Source: a bacterium (lineage in GTDB: Bacteria > Verrucomicrobiota > Verrucomicrobiia > Limisphaerales > J093). Taken from it: a stretch of 64,000 bases of DNA. Of the stretch, positions 9,493-19,765 are shown piece by piece. The stretch spans positions 616 through 64,615 of the forward strand of contig JAKANS010000006.1 in the NCBI GenBank assembly GCA_021823625.1, in the 5' to 3' direction. Made by a program: the position numbers and the translations under genes. The notes below the pieces were generated by a model. It made no database searches. It was not told the origin of the DNA and worked only from the letters and a program-made list of their open reading frames with translations. Position 1 is the stretch's first letter, and each line of letters starts with the position of its first letter.

Positions 9493-10644
9493 TCACTGCG
9501 CTGACTGCCCACGCCGAAAGATCGGCTTGGGCACGATCACCGCCGGTGCGCGGCGACCGCGAATTTCGATCTCGATCCGCGTGTCGGGGGCCGCACTTGC
9601 CGCGGGCACAAAACCGAGGCCGATGCCCACGCCCAGCGACGGACTCTGGGTGCCGCTGACGACCTGGCCGAGCGGTTGGGCGTCTTTGCCTTCGCTCCAG
9701 ATGGCGTAGCCCGGCCGCGGCGGCGCGGATTTTCCCGTCATGCGAAACGCCACATACTTGCGCGCGACTCCGCTCGCCTTCTGTTCGGCCAGCACCGCTC
9801 GCCCGACGAAGTCGCCTTTGTCCAGCGCCACGCAGAAGCCGATGCCCGCCTCAAGTGGCGTGGTGTCTTCGTTCAATTCGTGGCCGTAAAGCGGGTAACA
9901 CATCTCGGTGCGGAGCGTGTCCCGCGCGCCCAGGCCCGCCGGCTTGAGTCCGAACGCGGCGCCCGTTTCCAGCAAGGCGCTCCAGACCGCCTCGATGTGT
10001 TCCGCGGGCGCGACAATCTCAAACCCGTCCTCGCCGGTGTAGCCCGTGCGGGCCACCAGCAGCGAGACGCCGCGGAAGACGAATCCGCCGATCTGGTTTT
10101 TGCGCAGCTCCGTGACGTGCGCCGCCAAGGTGCCACCGATCGAGCCTCCGGGAATGACGCGATTCACGAACTCCGCCACGCGCGGCCCTTGCCCGGCCAC
10201 CGCGCCGAACTCGGCGGAGGCGTCGCGGAGTTTGAAGCCGTCGCGCGTGGGCGCGTGGTCCACCTGGGTTTGCAGCCATTCCCAATCGGCCGCGATCCGC
10301 GAGGCGTTGACGATCAGCAGGTATTCCTGGTCTTTGGTGCGATAGACGTACAGGTCGTCCACCGCCCCGCCGCGTTCATTGCACAACACGCTGTACTGGC
10401 CCTGGCCGGTGGCGAGTTTGCGGACGTCGTTGGTGAGCGTGTGGTTCAGAAACGCCTCCGCGCCGGGCCCGCTGGCGATGAATTCGCCCATGTGCGAAAT
10501 ATCGAACAAACCGGCCGCCGATCGAACGGCCAGGTGTTCGTCCACGATGCTCGTGTACTGCACCGGCATTTCCCAGCCGCCAAATTCAACCAGCCGCGCG
10601 CCGAGACGCTGATGCGCGGCAAACAAAGGGGTGCGCTGAAGCAT
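9493..10644 (-). CDS. gcvT: Glycine cleavage system aminomethyltransferase (T protein)
   Basis: The ATG at 10644 opens MLQRTPLFAAHQRLGARLVEFGGWEMPVQY. Collinear with GcvT over its full length. Confidence 0.9.
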   Translation of the reverse strand: MLQRTPLFAAHQRLGARLVEFGGWEMPVQYTSIVDEHLAVRSAAGLFDISHMGEFIASGPGAEAFLNHTLTNDVRKLATGQGQYSVLCNERGGAVDDLYVYRTKDQEYLLIVNASRIAADWEWLQTQVDHAPTRDGFKLRDASAEFGAVAGQGPRVAEFVNRVIPGGSIGGTLAAHVTELRKNQIGGFVFRGVSLLVARTGYTGEDGFEIVAPAEHIEAVWSALLETGAAFGLKPAGLGARDTLRTEMCYPLYGHELNEDTTPLEAGIGFCVALDKGDFVGRAVLAEQKASGVARKYVAFRMTGKSAPPRPGYAIWSEGKDAQPLGQVVSGTQSPSLGVGIGLGFVPAASAAPDTRIEIEIRGRRAPAVIVPKPIFRRGQSAQ

Positions 10645-10744
10645 AGAGTCCGCGCAACGTACCAACCTTCCTTTTCGCGTCAACCGGTTTGGCGCCAAAT
10701 CACACCCCGCCGGCGCGCCGCCCGAACTTAGTGAAATCGGAGGA

Positions 10745-11938
10745 TCAGCGGCCCCGGCGCGCGCCACCGCGTCGAAGTCGGACCAGCCAGGCCAGGCCCA
10801 CCATGAGCAACGCCGTGACGGCCCAGGCGTTCATGTTTGGCTGTGCCGGGAAAAAGTACAGCGACGCCGCGCCCACCGCCGGCCCGCCGAAAATGCCGGC
10901 GCCGATCGCCGCTTCGTGAAAGCCGCCGTGCTCGCCCTTGGTCTCGCCCACGTCCATCGAGTAGTACAGCGACGAGTAGTAAATGAGCGCCACGGCGATG
11001 CCGAAGCCCACTTGCGCCGCGACCAGCAGCCACAGGTTGCCCCCCAGCAGAATCGTCGCGAAGCCGCCCGCCATCGCGAGATACGCGCCGAGCAGCCAAC
11101 GAAAACGGTAATGCCAGCGCGTCCATTGCCAGAGCAGGAGGAACCCCGCCGCCCGCGCGAGCAGCCACACCGACGCGAACACGCCCGCCTGGGCCGGCGT
11201 CAGCGCGAACTTGTGCGCCAGGCCCGGAATGACCGGGATGACCGCATTCATCGCCACGTAGGCGAACGGATTCGCCACCCAGGCCATGAGGAGAAACGCG
11301 CGCGGCGAGACTGGCGATCGCCGGGCTTCCGTCTCCGCAAGCAACGGCCCGCCAGGCGCCGCGGCGGTGGGTGCTGGCCGCCCGCGATGCGACCGTTCCA
11401 GCCCGATCACCAAGGCGACTTGGATCGCGTGCAAGGTCGCCGGCACAAGGTAAATGCTGGCGGCGCCCAGGTGTTCCAGAACCGCGCCCCCGACAAACGT
11501 GGCCACGCCGCCGCCGGTGGACCAAACCACGTTGTAAATGCCGAGCAGGCGCTTCAAACGCGTCGGCGACTCGCGTTCGCTGGTGATCGCTTCAAGGCAC
11601 GGCCAGGTAAAACACATCCCCAGCGTCCAGAGGATCATGGCCGCGTATTGACCGGGCACCGTCCGCAGGCTGCTTCCCAGGAGCATCGCGACGCCCATGA
11701 CGGAGAAACCCAGTTTGAGCGCGAGGAAGTAACCGCGCCGTTGGGCGAACTGGCCCGCGTACCAGACGCCAACCGTGTACACCAAACCGCTGGTGGCAGC
11801 CAGGGCCAGGTTCTGCAGGTTCGAGAACCCGAACCGGTCCCGCATGTTGAAAAACAGGTAGGTGAAATAAAGCGTGGTGGCCAGGGCGTTCAGACCTTCG
11901 AGAACGAACACGCCGACCTTGACGCGGGAGGAAAACAT
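10745..11938 (-). CDS. MFS transporter
   Basis: The ATG at 11938 opens MFSSRVKVGVFVLEGL. About 12 hydrophobic segments arranged as two six-helix halves. Substrate unknown. Confidence 0.8.
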   Translation of the reverse strand: MFSSRVKVGVFVLEGLNALATTLYFTYLFFNMRDRFGFSNLQNLALAATSGLVYTVGVWYAGQFAQRRGYFLALKLGFSVMGVAMLLGSSLRTVPGQYAAMILWTLGMCFTWPCLEAITSERESPTRLKRLLGIYNVVWSTGGGVATFVGGAVLEHLGAASIYLVPATLHAIQVALVIGLERSHRGRPAPTAAAPGGPLLAETEARRSPVSPRAFLLMAWVANPFAYVAMNAVIPVIPGLAHKFALTPAQAGVFASVWLLARAAGFLLLWQWTRWHYRFRWLLGAYLAMAGGFATILLGGNLWLLVAAQVGFGIAVALIYYSSLYYSMDVGETKGEHGGFHEAAIGAGIFGGPAVGAASLYFFPAQPNMNAWAVTALLMVGLAWLVRLRRGGARRGR

Positions 11939-11973
11939 GAAATCGAGGCGCGGCCCGGGACGAACCGGGACGC

Positions 11974-12456
11974 TCACGCGGGCGCAACCGATTCCGCGCT
12001 CGGCAGCACCTCGGCCAGCGCCTGGCGGCAATACCACTTCACCGCCGCCGAAACGGGCGGACTCAACGCGTCGATCTCCGCCAGCGTCACCCAGCGGATG
12101 TCGTGATGTTCGTCCGGCGCCAGGGCCAGTTCGCCCGCCTTGGGCCGCGCCCAGTAGATCAGGCCGATGTGCTCGTGCGTGTCCGAAATGCGGTGGATGT
12201 CCAGGAAGCGCGGGGCGATCAACGCGCGGGTGCCCTCGCCGGTCGTGGGCGGGCGTTCTCCCAGCAACTCCACCTCAAGGCCGCTTTCCTCCCGCGCTTC
12301 CCGCAAGGCCGCGGTTTCCGGGTCTTCGTCCAGATTGATGTGGCCCCCCAGGGGCAGCCAGCGGTCCAGTTTCCGGTGGCGAACGAGCAACACCCGGGAG
12401 TCGTGCACGACGACGACGACCACGGTGAAATCAATCTGTTCATGGATGTGTGCCAT
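11974..12456 (-). CDS. NUDIX hydrolase
   Basis: Nudix box GGHINLDEDPETAALREAREESGLEV. ATG at 12456. Confidence 0.8.
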   Translation of the reverse strand: MAHIHEQIDFTVVVVVVHDSRVLLVRHRKLDRWLPLGGHINLDEDPETAALREAREESGLEVELLGERPPTTGEGTRALIAPRFLDIHRISDTHEHIGLIYWARPKAGELALAPDEHHDIRWVTLAEIDALSPPVSAAVKWYCRQALAEVLPSAESVAPA

Positions 12457-12582
12457 GTCGGGCGCGAACTGTGGCAAGCGCGCCCGTCCCCGTCAAACTC
12501 CAGGCCGTGGTCGTGAAATTGAGAACGTCGGCTGAATATTCTTGCCGCAATTCCGCGAGCGCCTTTTCGTCGGGGTTGCGCT

Positions 12583-13440
12583 ATGCATCCATACCGACAG
12601 TTGACTTCGGACTTCGCGGCTCTCTCCCGCCGGGGCGCCGCACTCCCTTGGGGCGGCTTCGCTCCCCTGCCCCGCCCCACCCTCGCGCCGGACGCGCCCA
12701 AGGCCCTCATTTTCTCGCCTCACCCCGACGACGAATGCGTGATCGGCGCGCTGGCGCTGCGGCTCATGCGCGAGGCGGGTTTCCGCGTCGTCAACGTGGC
12801 GGTCACCCAGGGCAGCAAGCGCGAGCGCCAGGCCGGGCGGCTCGCCGAGTTGAAAAACGCCTGCGCTTTCCTCGGTTTTGACCTGGTCCAAACCGCACCC
12901 AACGGTCTGGAGGAGGTGAACCTGGACGCGCGCGCTCAAGACACCGCCGGCTGGTCCGACAAAGTGAAAATCATCGCCGGCATTCTCGCCGAGCATCGCC
13001 CGCGCGTGGTGTTTTATCCGCACGAACAGGACTGGAACAGCACCCACGTCGGCGTCCACTGGCTGCTGGACGACGCCTTGGTAAGCTTGGGACCCGACTT
13101 CACCTGCTACACGGTGGAGACCGAGTTTTGGGGCCAGTGCGACGATCCCAACCTCCTGGTGGCTTCGACCGAGACGGACGTGGCCGACCTGATCGCCGGC
13201 ATTTCGTTCCACGTGGGCGAGGTCAAACGCAACCCCTACCACGTTTTGTTACCAGCCTGGATGATGGACAACGTGCGGCGGGGGGCCGAACTGGTGGGCG
13301 GTCAGGGCGGCGGCGCCCCGGACTTCACCTTTGCCACCCTGTATCGCGTCCGGCAATGGAAAGGCGGCCGAAGTGAACCGTTCTACCAAGGCGGGCGTAC
13401 CTTGGCTCCAACGGAGAATGCCGGTGGCTTCTTCACCTGA
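12583..13440 (+). CDS. PIG-L/LmbE family deacetylase
   Basis: Contains the IFSPHPDDECVIGA motif and a downstream H-x-D-H type region (YPHEQDWNSTH). Confidence 0.8.
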   Translation: MHPYRQLTSDFAALSRRGAALPWGGFAPLPRPTLAPDAPKALIFSPHPDDECVIGALALRLMREAGFRVVNVAVTQGSKRERQAGRLAELKNACAFLGFDLVQTAPNGLEEVNLDARAQDTAGWSDKVKIIAGILAEHRPRVVFYPHEQDWNSTHVGVHWLLDDALVSLGPDFTCYTVETEFWGQCDDPNLLVASTETDVADLIAGISFHVGEVKRNPYHVLLPAWMMDNVRRGAELVGGQGGGAPDFTFATLYRVRQWKGGRSEPFYQGGRTLAPTENAGGFFT

Positions 13441-13512
13441 TACACCCAGCCTCCTGAAGATGAGCTGGGATGTCCATTCCATGTCGGCGGCTGCAGGAAA
13501 CTCTGCTGGGCC

Positions 13513-15537
13513 GTGATCGAGAATCCAACCCTTATAGCAATCACATTTCTCATGACGCCAGCGATTCACTCTCCCTCAAGGTCCGTGTGCGGGGACACCT
13601 CAAGGCAACGATGCTTGTCTTTTGGTACCGCGGGAACTTCTGTCTTACTCGGCATCCTGTTCCTGCGGGGTTGCGCCACTGCCGAGTCGGCGACGACAGC
13701 ACACCTTGTTGCCTTCGGCCGCAGGGTGGTTCCGTACATTGAACCGGGAACCCGGTTCAAAGCGGTAGCGTGCGGTCCAAGCCACTCGGTGGCCTTAAAG
13801 ACAGACGGCACTTTGATCGGGTGGGGCGACAACTTGCGTGGCCAGGCAGTGCCGCCTGCCGACTTGTCCAATGTCGTTGCAGTGAGCGCAGGCGGCGCAT
13901 TCAGTGTTGCGCTCCGGGGCGATGGAACGGTTTTAGCATGGGGTGGGTTTTCCACAAAGGAGGTGGCAGTGCCTCCGGGTTTGAGCAATGTCGTCGCCAT
14001 CTCCGCCGGCCTGTCGCACACCCTGGCGCTGCGCGCCGACGGAACGGTAGTCGGCTGGGGCAATTCGGCCGACGGGCGTTTGGCGTTGCCAGCGGATCTC
14101 TCCAATGTCGTTTCGATTGCGGCCGGTGGACGACACAGCCTGGTGGCCCTCGCCGACGGCACCGTCCGCGCTTTCGGTTACAACAGGCAAGGGCAGGTCA
14201 GCGTCCCGGCCGGCCTCAGCAATGTAATTGCCGTTGCCGCCGGACCGAATCACAGCGCGGCCCTCCAAAGCGACGGCAAGCTCGTGGCGTGGAAAGGCGG
14301 CGGCGGTGGTCCACGCTGGCCGACGAACGTCGTCGCGATCGCGGCCGGGGACAGCCTAACATACGGGCTGACCTCTGATGGCTTCCTGTTCGACCCGTCG
14401 ATCCAGCAAGTCCGCGATGACGTGGGCCCCGTTGTCGCCCTGGCGAGCGGGATAAGCCCCGCGTTCGCCGTGCGGCCGGAGGGGGAGCTAACGCCGTGGG
14501 CGCAAAGCACCGCAGGGATGGATGAGTACGCCCTGGCCTCCGAGGAATTCATGGGCATTGCCAACTGCAGCGAAGGCGGCGCCAATCACCTGCTGGCAGT
14601 CCGCCCGGATGGCACGGTGGTATCTCGCTGGTCCGGAGAGTCAGGCATCGAGGTCCGCCCGCCGCCGGATCTACGAGAGGTGGTCGCCGTCGCGCCGGGC
14701 GTCACCTATGGCATGGCGCTCCTGCAAGACGGGACGGTGGCGACTTGGCGCGACTTGGGAAAGCTGGATACGTATCCCCAACCGTCAGGGCTTGGCGGCG
14801 TGGTCGCCCTGGCTGCTGGACCCTTCCAGCGCCTGGCTCTGAAGTCCGATGGCACGGTCGAGGATTGGGGGAGGGACATCCTTGGCGGCCAGACCAAACC
14901 GCCCGGGCTTAGCAACGTCGTGGCGATCGCCGCGGGACTCGAACACAACCTGGCGCTCCGGGCGGACGGGACGGTGGTGGGCTGGGGGAACAACTCAGTC
15001 GGCCAGGCGCACCCGCCACCGGATCTCACCAACGTCACCGCTCTGGCCGCGGCCGGTAACTACTCGATGGCCGTGACCGCCGAGGGCAAGGTCGCGGGTT
15101 GGGGCAATGGCGTGCTGGTCAGGACGATACCCGCCGACATTGAGCAGGTAGTGGCGATCGCCATGACGGACTCACATGCACTGGCGCTCAAGCGGGATGG
15201 GACCGTCGTCCGTTGGGGCAAACCCAGCAGTGTGAGCAGCGTGGTTCCGGAACACATCCGTGACATCGTGGCCATCGCCGCGGGTAATGACGGGGATTAC
15301 GCGCTCCGGCTACCGCTCAGACTCTCGCGGATCGAGAAGCCAGATCGACCGCAACTGTCGTTCTGGGCGTTTGCGGGCCGAACCTATGTCGTTCAGACGG
15401 CTCCCAACCTCGCGGGTGGATGCTGGACTGAGCTCAGCCCCAATCCTGTGACCGGCGAGGGACGGGAAATCACCGTGGAGGATCCGGATCCGGAGTCCGT
15501 GGCCGAACGCTATTATCGGCTCGTCGAACTGCCCTGA
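13513..15537 (+). CDS. Secreted RCC1-repeat (beta-propeller) protein
   Basis: About 13-14 repeats, counted by eye, of the unit L-S-N-V-V-A-I-A-A-G-x-x-H-x-L-A-L-R-A-D-G-T-V-V-G-W-G. N-terminal hydrophobic signal. The C-terminal beta-sandwich-like tail ends in YYRLVELP. The start is uncertain (alternative ATG at 13552). Confidence 0.8.
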   Translation: MIENPTLIAITFLMTPAIHSPSRSVCGDTSRQRCLSFGTAGTSVLLGILFLRGCATAESATTAHLVAFGRRVVPYIEPGTRFKAVACGPSHSVALKTDGTLIGWGDNLRGQAVPPADLSNVVAVSAGGAFSVALRGDGTVLAWGGFSTKEVAVPPGLSNVVAISAGLSHTLALRADGTVVGWGNSADGRLALPADLSNVVSIAAGGRHSLVALADGTVRAFGYNRQGQVSVPAGLSNVIAVAAGPNHSAALQSDGKLVAWKGGGGGPRWPTNVVAIAAGDSLTYGLTSDGFLFDPSIQQVRDDVGPVVALASGISPAFAVRPEGELTPWAQSTAGMDEYALASEEFMGIANCSEGGANHLLAVRPDGTVVSRWSGESGIEVRPPPDLREVVAVAPGVTYGMALLQDGTVATWRDLGKLDTYPQPSGLGGVVALAAGPFQRLALKSDGTVEDWGRDILGGQTKPPGLSNVVAIAAGLEHNLALRADGTVVGWGNNSVGQAHPPPDLTNVTALAAAGNYSMAVTAEGKVAGWGNGVLVRTIPADIEQVVAIAMTDSHALALKRDGTVVRWGKPSSVSSVVPEHIRDIVAIAAGNDGDYALRLPLRLSRIEKPDRPQLSFWAFAGRTYVVQTAPNLAGGCWTELSPNPVTGEGREITVEDPDPESVAERYYRLVELP

Positions 15538-15616
15538 CGCGGGTGAGGACTTGAACGCGGAAGCATCGGAATTCTGCAGCATTGAGTTTTTCCCCGGTTT
15601 GTGGCTTAACGAGCCC

Positions 15617-16978
15617 ATGAATCGCCGCCATTTCCTCAAGACCGCGTCCTCTGGACTCGCCCTGACCGCGGCCAGTCGCTTCGTGCCCACCACCTTCGCC
15701 GCCGAGAAACCGCTCCGGGTCGGCCTGATGGGCACTGGTTGGTACGGTAAAGGCAGCCTGTTCCGCCTGCTCCAAGTCGCGCCGGCGGAGGTGGTGTCAC
15801 TCTGCGACGTGGATTCGCGGATGCTCGCCGCCGCCGCCGCGATGGTGGCCGAACGCCAGGCCTCGAAAAAGCAGCCGCGCACCTACGGCGACTTCCGCAA
15901 GCTGATCGCGGAAAAGGACGTGGATGTGATGATGGTGTCCGCGCCCGACCATTGGCACGCCGTCCCGGCCATCGAGGCCATGCGGGCCGGCATGGACGTG
16001 TACGTGGAAAAACCCACCGCCACGGACGTGATCGAGAGCCAGACGATGGTGGCCGCCGCGCGCAAATACAACCGGGTGGTGCAGGTCAACACCCAACGCC
16101 GCAGCACGCCGCATCTCATCGAGGCCCGCGACCGGGTCATCAAGGAGGGGCGGCTCGGCAAGATCCTCAGCGTGGACGTCTGCTGTTACTGGCACATGCG
16201 CAACGGCGACACCCTCGCCAGCGCGCCCGACATTCCGCCGCCGGATTACCTGGATTACGAAATGTGGACCGGCCCGGCGCCGAAGCGGCCGTTCAACCGC
16301 ATCATCCACCCGCGCGGTTGGCGCGCGTTCATGGAGTACGGCAACGGCATCATGGGCGACATGTGCGTGCACATGCTGGACATGGTTCGCTGGATGCTCG
16401 ACCTCGGCTGGCCCCACACCATCACGTCCTGGGGCGGGATTCTGAATGACAAGGCCAGCCGCGCGAACATAACCGACACGCAGACCGCGACGTTCGATTT
16501 CGACAATCTGCAGGTCACCTGGAACCATCGCACCTGGGGTCCGATGCCCGACCCGGATTATCCGTGGGCCGCCATCTTCCACGGCGAGAAAGGCACGCTC
16601 AAGACCAGCGTGTTCAAGTACGAATTCCTCTCGCTCGGCGGTGGCGAACGCCTCAGCGGCGAGGCCTTGTTCGAGTACGCCAAGTACCCCGAAGACCGCA
16701 CCGAGAAGGACCTCGAACGCCACGTCGCGTCCGCGATGCGTCGGCACTGGCTCAACTTCCTGGCCGCCCGCGAAACCCGCAGCCGGCCCGTCGCCGACAT
16801 CGAGCAGGCGCACATTTCCAGCACGGCGTGCATCCTGGCCAATCACTCGCAACAACTCGGCCGCACGCTGAAATGGGACGCCGCCACGCACACGGTGGTG
16901 GGCGATGCCGAGGCCAATGGACTGCTCCGCCGCCCGTACCGCGCGCCCTGGGCGCATCCGGACCCGAACGCGGCGTGA
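15617..16978 (+). CDS. Gfo/Idh/MocA family oxidoreductase with twin-arginine signal
   Basis: The ATG at 15617 opens MNRRHFLKTASSGLALTAASRF, followed by VGLMGTGWYGKG. Paralogous in type to the gene at 279..1670. Confidence 0.85.
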   Translation: MNRRHFLKTASSGLALTAASRFVPTTFAAEKPLRVGLMGTGWYGKGSLFRLLQVAPAEVVSLCDVDSRMLAAAAAMVAERQASKKQPRTYGDFRKLIAEKDVDVMMVSAPDHWHAVPAIEAMRAGMDVYVEKPTATDVIESQTMVAAARKYNRVVQVNTQRRSTPHLIEARDRVIKEGRLGKILSVDVCCYWHMRNGDTLASAPDIPPPDYLDYEMWTGPAPKRPFNRIIHPRGWRAFMEYGNGIMGDMCVHMLDMVRWMLDLGWPHTITSWGGILNDKASRANITDTQTATFDFDNLQVTWNHRTWGPMPDPDYPWAAIFHGEKGTLKTSVFKYEFLSLGGGERLSGEALFEYAKYPEDRTEKDLERHVASAMRRHWLNFLAARETRSRPVADIEQAHISSTACILANHSQQLGRTLKWDAATHTVVGDAEANGLLRRPYRAPWAHPDPNAA

Positions 16979-18015
16979 GCGCGCCGGAGTGCGTTGCTAC
17001 GCCGCTTCCCGGCAGCCGGGGCAGTTCGCTCTGCCTGCGCGGAGTGGAGTTCCGTCCCGCGCTGTTTTGCGCGCCGATGGCGGGTTTGACCCACAGCGCG
17101 TTCCGCCGACTCGTTTCGGATTTCGGCGGGCACGGCGCGCTGTTCACCGAAATGCTGTGCGGTCGGTGGCTTCGAGCAGAAAACCTCCGGACCTCGGCGG
17201 CAACGCGGCGGCGTGCACAGGAAGGCCCGGTGATCTACCAACTCATGATCGCCGAACCGACCGAGGTGCCGGCCATCATGGCGTGCCTGGCGCAATTGGA
17301 GCCGGCGGGCGTGGATCTGAATTGCGCCTGCCCGACGCCGAACGTCCGCCATGCTGGCGCCGGCTCGGCGCTGTTCGAGGATCGCGAGCGGTTGGCGGCC
17401 ATCCTCACCGCGATGCGGCGCGAACTCGCCGGGCCGCTCACGGTGAAAATTCGGCTCGGGCTGCCGCGCGAAGGCTGGCGCGCGCAACTCGCCGACCGGC
17501 TCAGGCTGTTCGCGGATTGCGGCGTGGACGCGGTGATTCTCCACCCGCGCTTCGCGGACGAGAAACTCCGCCGCCGCGCGCGGCATGAACTGTTGCCGGA
17601 ACTCGCCAGCGCCACCCGCCTGCCGATCATCGCCAGTGGCGACCTGCATGGGCCGGAGCTCTTGCGCCGCAATCCGGAACATTTTGCGGGCGTGTCCGGC
17701 CTCATGATTGGCCGCATGGCGGTCGTCCAACCGTGGCTTTTCCGCGCGTGGCGCAGCGAGCCGGTCGCGCCGGATTACCTGGATGTGTGGCAACGGTTCG
17801 TGCGTTACGTGCGCGAAGATTTCCCGGAACGGAAAGTTTTCCACCGGATCAAAGCCTTCACCGCCTACTACGCGCGGAACTTCCACTTCGGCCACACACT
17901 CCTGGCCGCGACCCAGTCTGCCACCGACCTCGCCCCCCTCACGGAGAAGGCCACTCGCTTTCTCTCCTCGGCCCCGCAACCCGCGTTGCACCCGGATGTC
18001 GCGGGCCTGGCCTGA
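16975..18015 (+). CDS. dus: tRNA-dihydrouridine synthase
   Basis: The GTG at 16975 overlaps the upstream stop (GTGA). Contains FCAPMAGLTHSAFRRL, VDLNCACP and a TIM-barrel Dus layout. The first 137 codons of ORF 16564..18015 overlap the preceding gene and are discarded. Confidence 0.8.
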   Translation: MSAPECVATPLPGSRGSSLCLRGVEFRPALFCAPMAGLTHSAFRRLVSDFGGHGALFTEMLCGRWLRAENLRTSAATRRRAQEGPVIYQLMIAEPTEVPAIMACLAQLEPAGVDLNCACPTPNVRHAGAGSALFEDRERLAAILTAMRRELAGPLTVKIRLGLPREGWRAQLADRLRLFADCGVDAVILHPRFADEKLRRRARHELLPELASATRLPIIASGDLHGPELLRRNPEHFAGVSGLMIGRMAVVQPWLFRAWRSEPVAPDYLDVWQRFVRYVREDFPERKVFHRIKAFTAYYARNFHFGHTLLAATQSATDLAPLTEKATRFLSSAPQPALHPDVAGLA

Positions 18016-18154
18016 CGGGTTCTCGCCTCGCGCTGGAGGAGTGACGCCGCAGCCCATTCGAGGCCGGGGCGGTGGTGAACAACTTCCGCACAGGTCGGTC
18101 CGTTTCGGGATTGATTGCCGGTTGGGTTCTGGGATCGTCGCCGCACATTTTGTC

Positions 18155-19597
18155 ATGGCCCGTTCCGTTGAACCACTCCCCGCCGACCGGCGACGCCTGG
18201 GGGGCGTTGACCGCGTCAAACGCGCCGCGCTCTTCCGTGGCCTGACCGCCACCCTGGTTGGGCTCGGCCTCGCCGCGTCGCTGCTCGCCCCCTCCGCGCT
18301 GGCGGCCAAGGCCAAGCCCAAGGCGGTGACGCCGCTTTTGCCGCGCCCGACGGAAACCGCCGCGCCAGCAACTCCTGCCCTCGCACCGGCCGTTGCGCCA
18401 AAGCCAGCACCCGCAAATCCCGGTCCGGCCCGCCAAACTGTGCCGGTCGCGCCGGCGACAGCCAGCAATGCGGGCCCGACCCGCCAGGCCGCCCCAACCC
18501 CGCCAGCGTTGCCCACGAACGCTGCGGCGTCCGCCGTCAAGTTTCCCGAGGCCTTCGCGAAGTTGTACTACCAGCCCACGCCCAAGCCCGAGTATCCGGG
18601 CAATCCGCGCCGGGAGGTGCGCGGGCTGTACCTCACGCTCTACACCGCGTCCTCGTCCAAGTCGCTGAACGAGGTTTTGCAGGTCGTCGATGGGACCGCC
18701 ATCAACGCCTTGGTCATCGATGTCAAGGACGACGCCGGGAACTTGATCCACCACTCGGCGGCGGCCGAGAAATACAACCCGAAGGCGAACGACAAGGCCC
18801 CGCTCAAGGATCTGGCGGCCTTCGTGAAACGGCTGCGCGACCGAAAAATCTATACCATTGCGCGGGTCGTGACATTCAAGGATCCGGTCTATGCCGAGAC
18901 CCATCACGAGCGGGCGATCGTTTATCGCCAGAACGGGAAGCTGTTTCGCAGCCGCGATGGGTTGGCCTGGGGGTCGCCTTACGATCCCGAATACCGGGCC
19001 TACAATCTGGCCGTGGCCAAGGAAGCCGCCCTCGCCGGCTTCAATGAAATCCAATTCGACTACGTTCGCTTCCCCGAGATCGCGAAGGACAGCGCGATAA
19101 ATTACCGGGATCGTGGCCGCCAGACAAAATCCCAGTCGATCCAGTCTTTCCTGTTCGAAGCGCGCCGGGAATTGAGCCCGCTCCACGTGTACCTCTCCGC
19201 GGACGTGTTCGGATTGATTTCCGCCACGCGTGACGACATGCGGATCGGCCAGTATTGGGAGGCGATCAGCAACGCCACCGATTTCATCTCCCCGATGGCC
19301 TACCCGAGCCATTACGCGCCGGGCACTTACGGCTTGAGCGTGCCGGATTTGTACCCGTACGAGTTGATGAGCCGGACCACCCGTGACGCGCTCAAGCGCA
19401 ACCGCAACCTCGCCACGCCGGCCGCGATCCGCCCGTGGATTCAGGCCTTCACCGCCAAGTGGCTGCGCAAGTACCGGCATTATGGCGTGCCGGAGATCAA
19501 GGCACAGATCAAGGCGCTGAAGGAAAACGGCCTCACCTCCTACCTGGTTTGGAACCCAAACAACCGTTACGGCGACCAGGCCGCCGCCTTCAAATAG
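18155..19597 (+). CDS. Secreted putative glycoside-hydrolase-like TIM-barrel protein (COG1306/DUF4015-like)
   Basis: ATG at 18155. Signal peptide, a roughly 90-aa Pro/Ala/Thr-rich linker, then VRGLYLTLYTASS...INALVIDVKDDAGN...EIQFDYVRFP. This matches the uncharacterised GH-like family. Confidence 0.65.
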   Translation: MARSVEPLPADRRRLGGVDRVKRAALFRGLTATLVGLGLAASLLAPSALAAKAKPKAVTPLLPRPTETAAPATPALAPAVAPKPAPANPGPARQTVPVAPATASNAGPTRQAAPTPPALPTNAAASAVKFPEAFAKLYYQPTPKPEYPGNPRREVRGLYLTLYTASSSKSLNEVLQVVDGTAINALVIDVKDDAGNLIHHSAAAEKYNPKANDKAPLKDLAAFVKRLRDRKIYTIARVVTFKDPVYAETHHERAIVYRQNGKLFRSRDGLAWGSPYDPEYRAYNLAVAKEAALAGFNEIQFDYVRFPEIAKDSAINYRDRGRQTKSQSIQSFLFEARRELSPLHVYLSADVFGLISATRDDMRIGQYWEAISNATDFISPMAYPSHYAPGTYGLSVPDLYPYELMSRTTRDALKRNRNLATPAAIRPWIQAFTAKWLRKYRHYGVPEIKAQIKALKENGLTSYLVWNPNNRYGDQAAAFK

Positions 19598-19765
19598 AGC
19601 GCCGCGCGGCCGTCGCGCCTCGCTGGCCCCGTCATGCGGGGACGGAGACGGACGGGGCCTCGGTTTAGCGGCTGGCTGTTGGATTCCCACTCGGCATCGA
19701 CAAAATTTCGGGCGCGAGTTTGAATCCCTTGCAAGTCGGTTCACGCATTGCCGTATCGTTGAATC

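Noticed and set aside
10645-10744. Glycine riboswitch upstream of gcvT
   Set aside because: The 100-nt leader shows only a short GC palindrome (cggcgcgccg). None of the conserved glycine-aptamer blocks (GGAGAG...CACCGAAGGGGCAA-type) is present.
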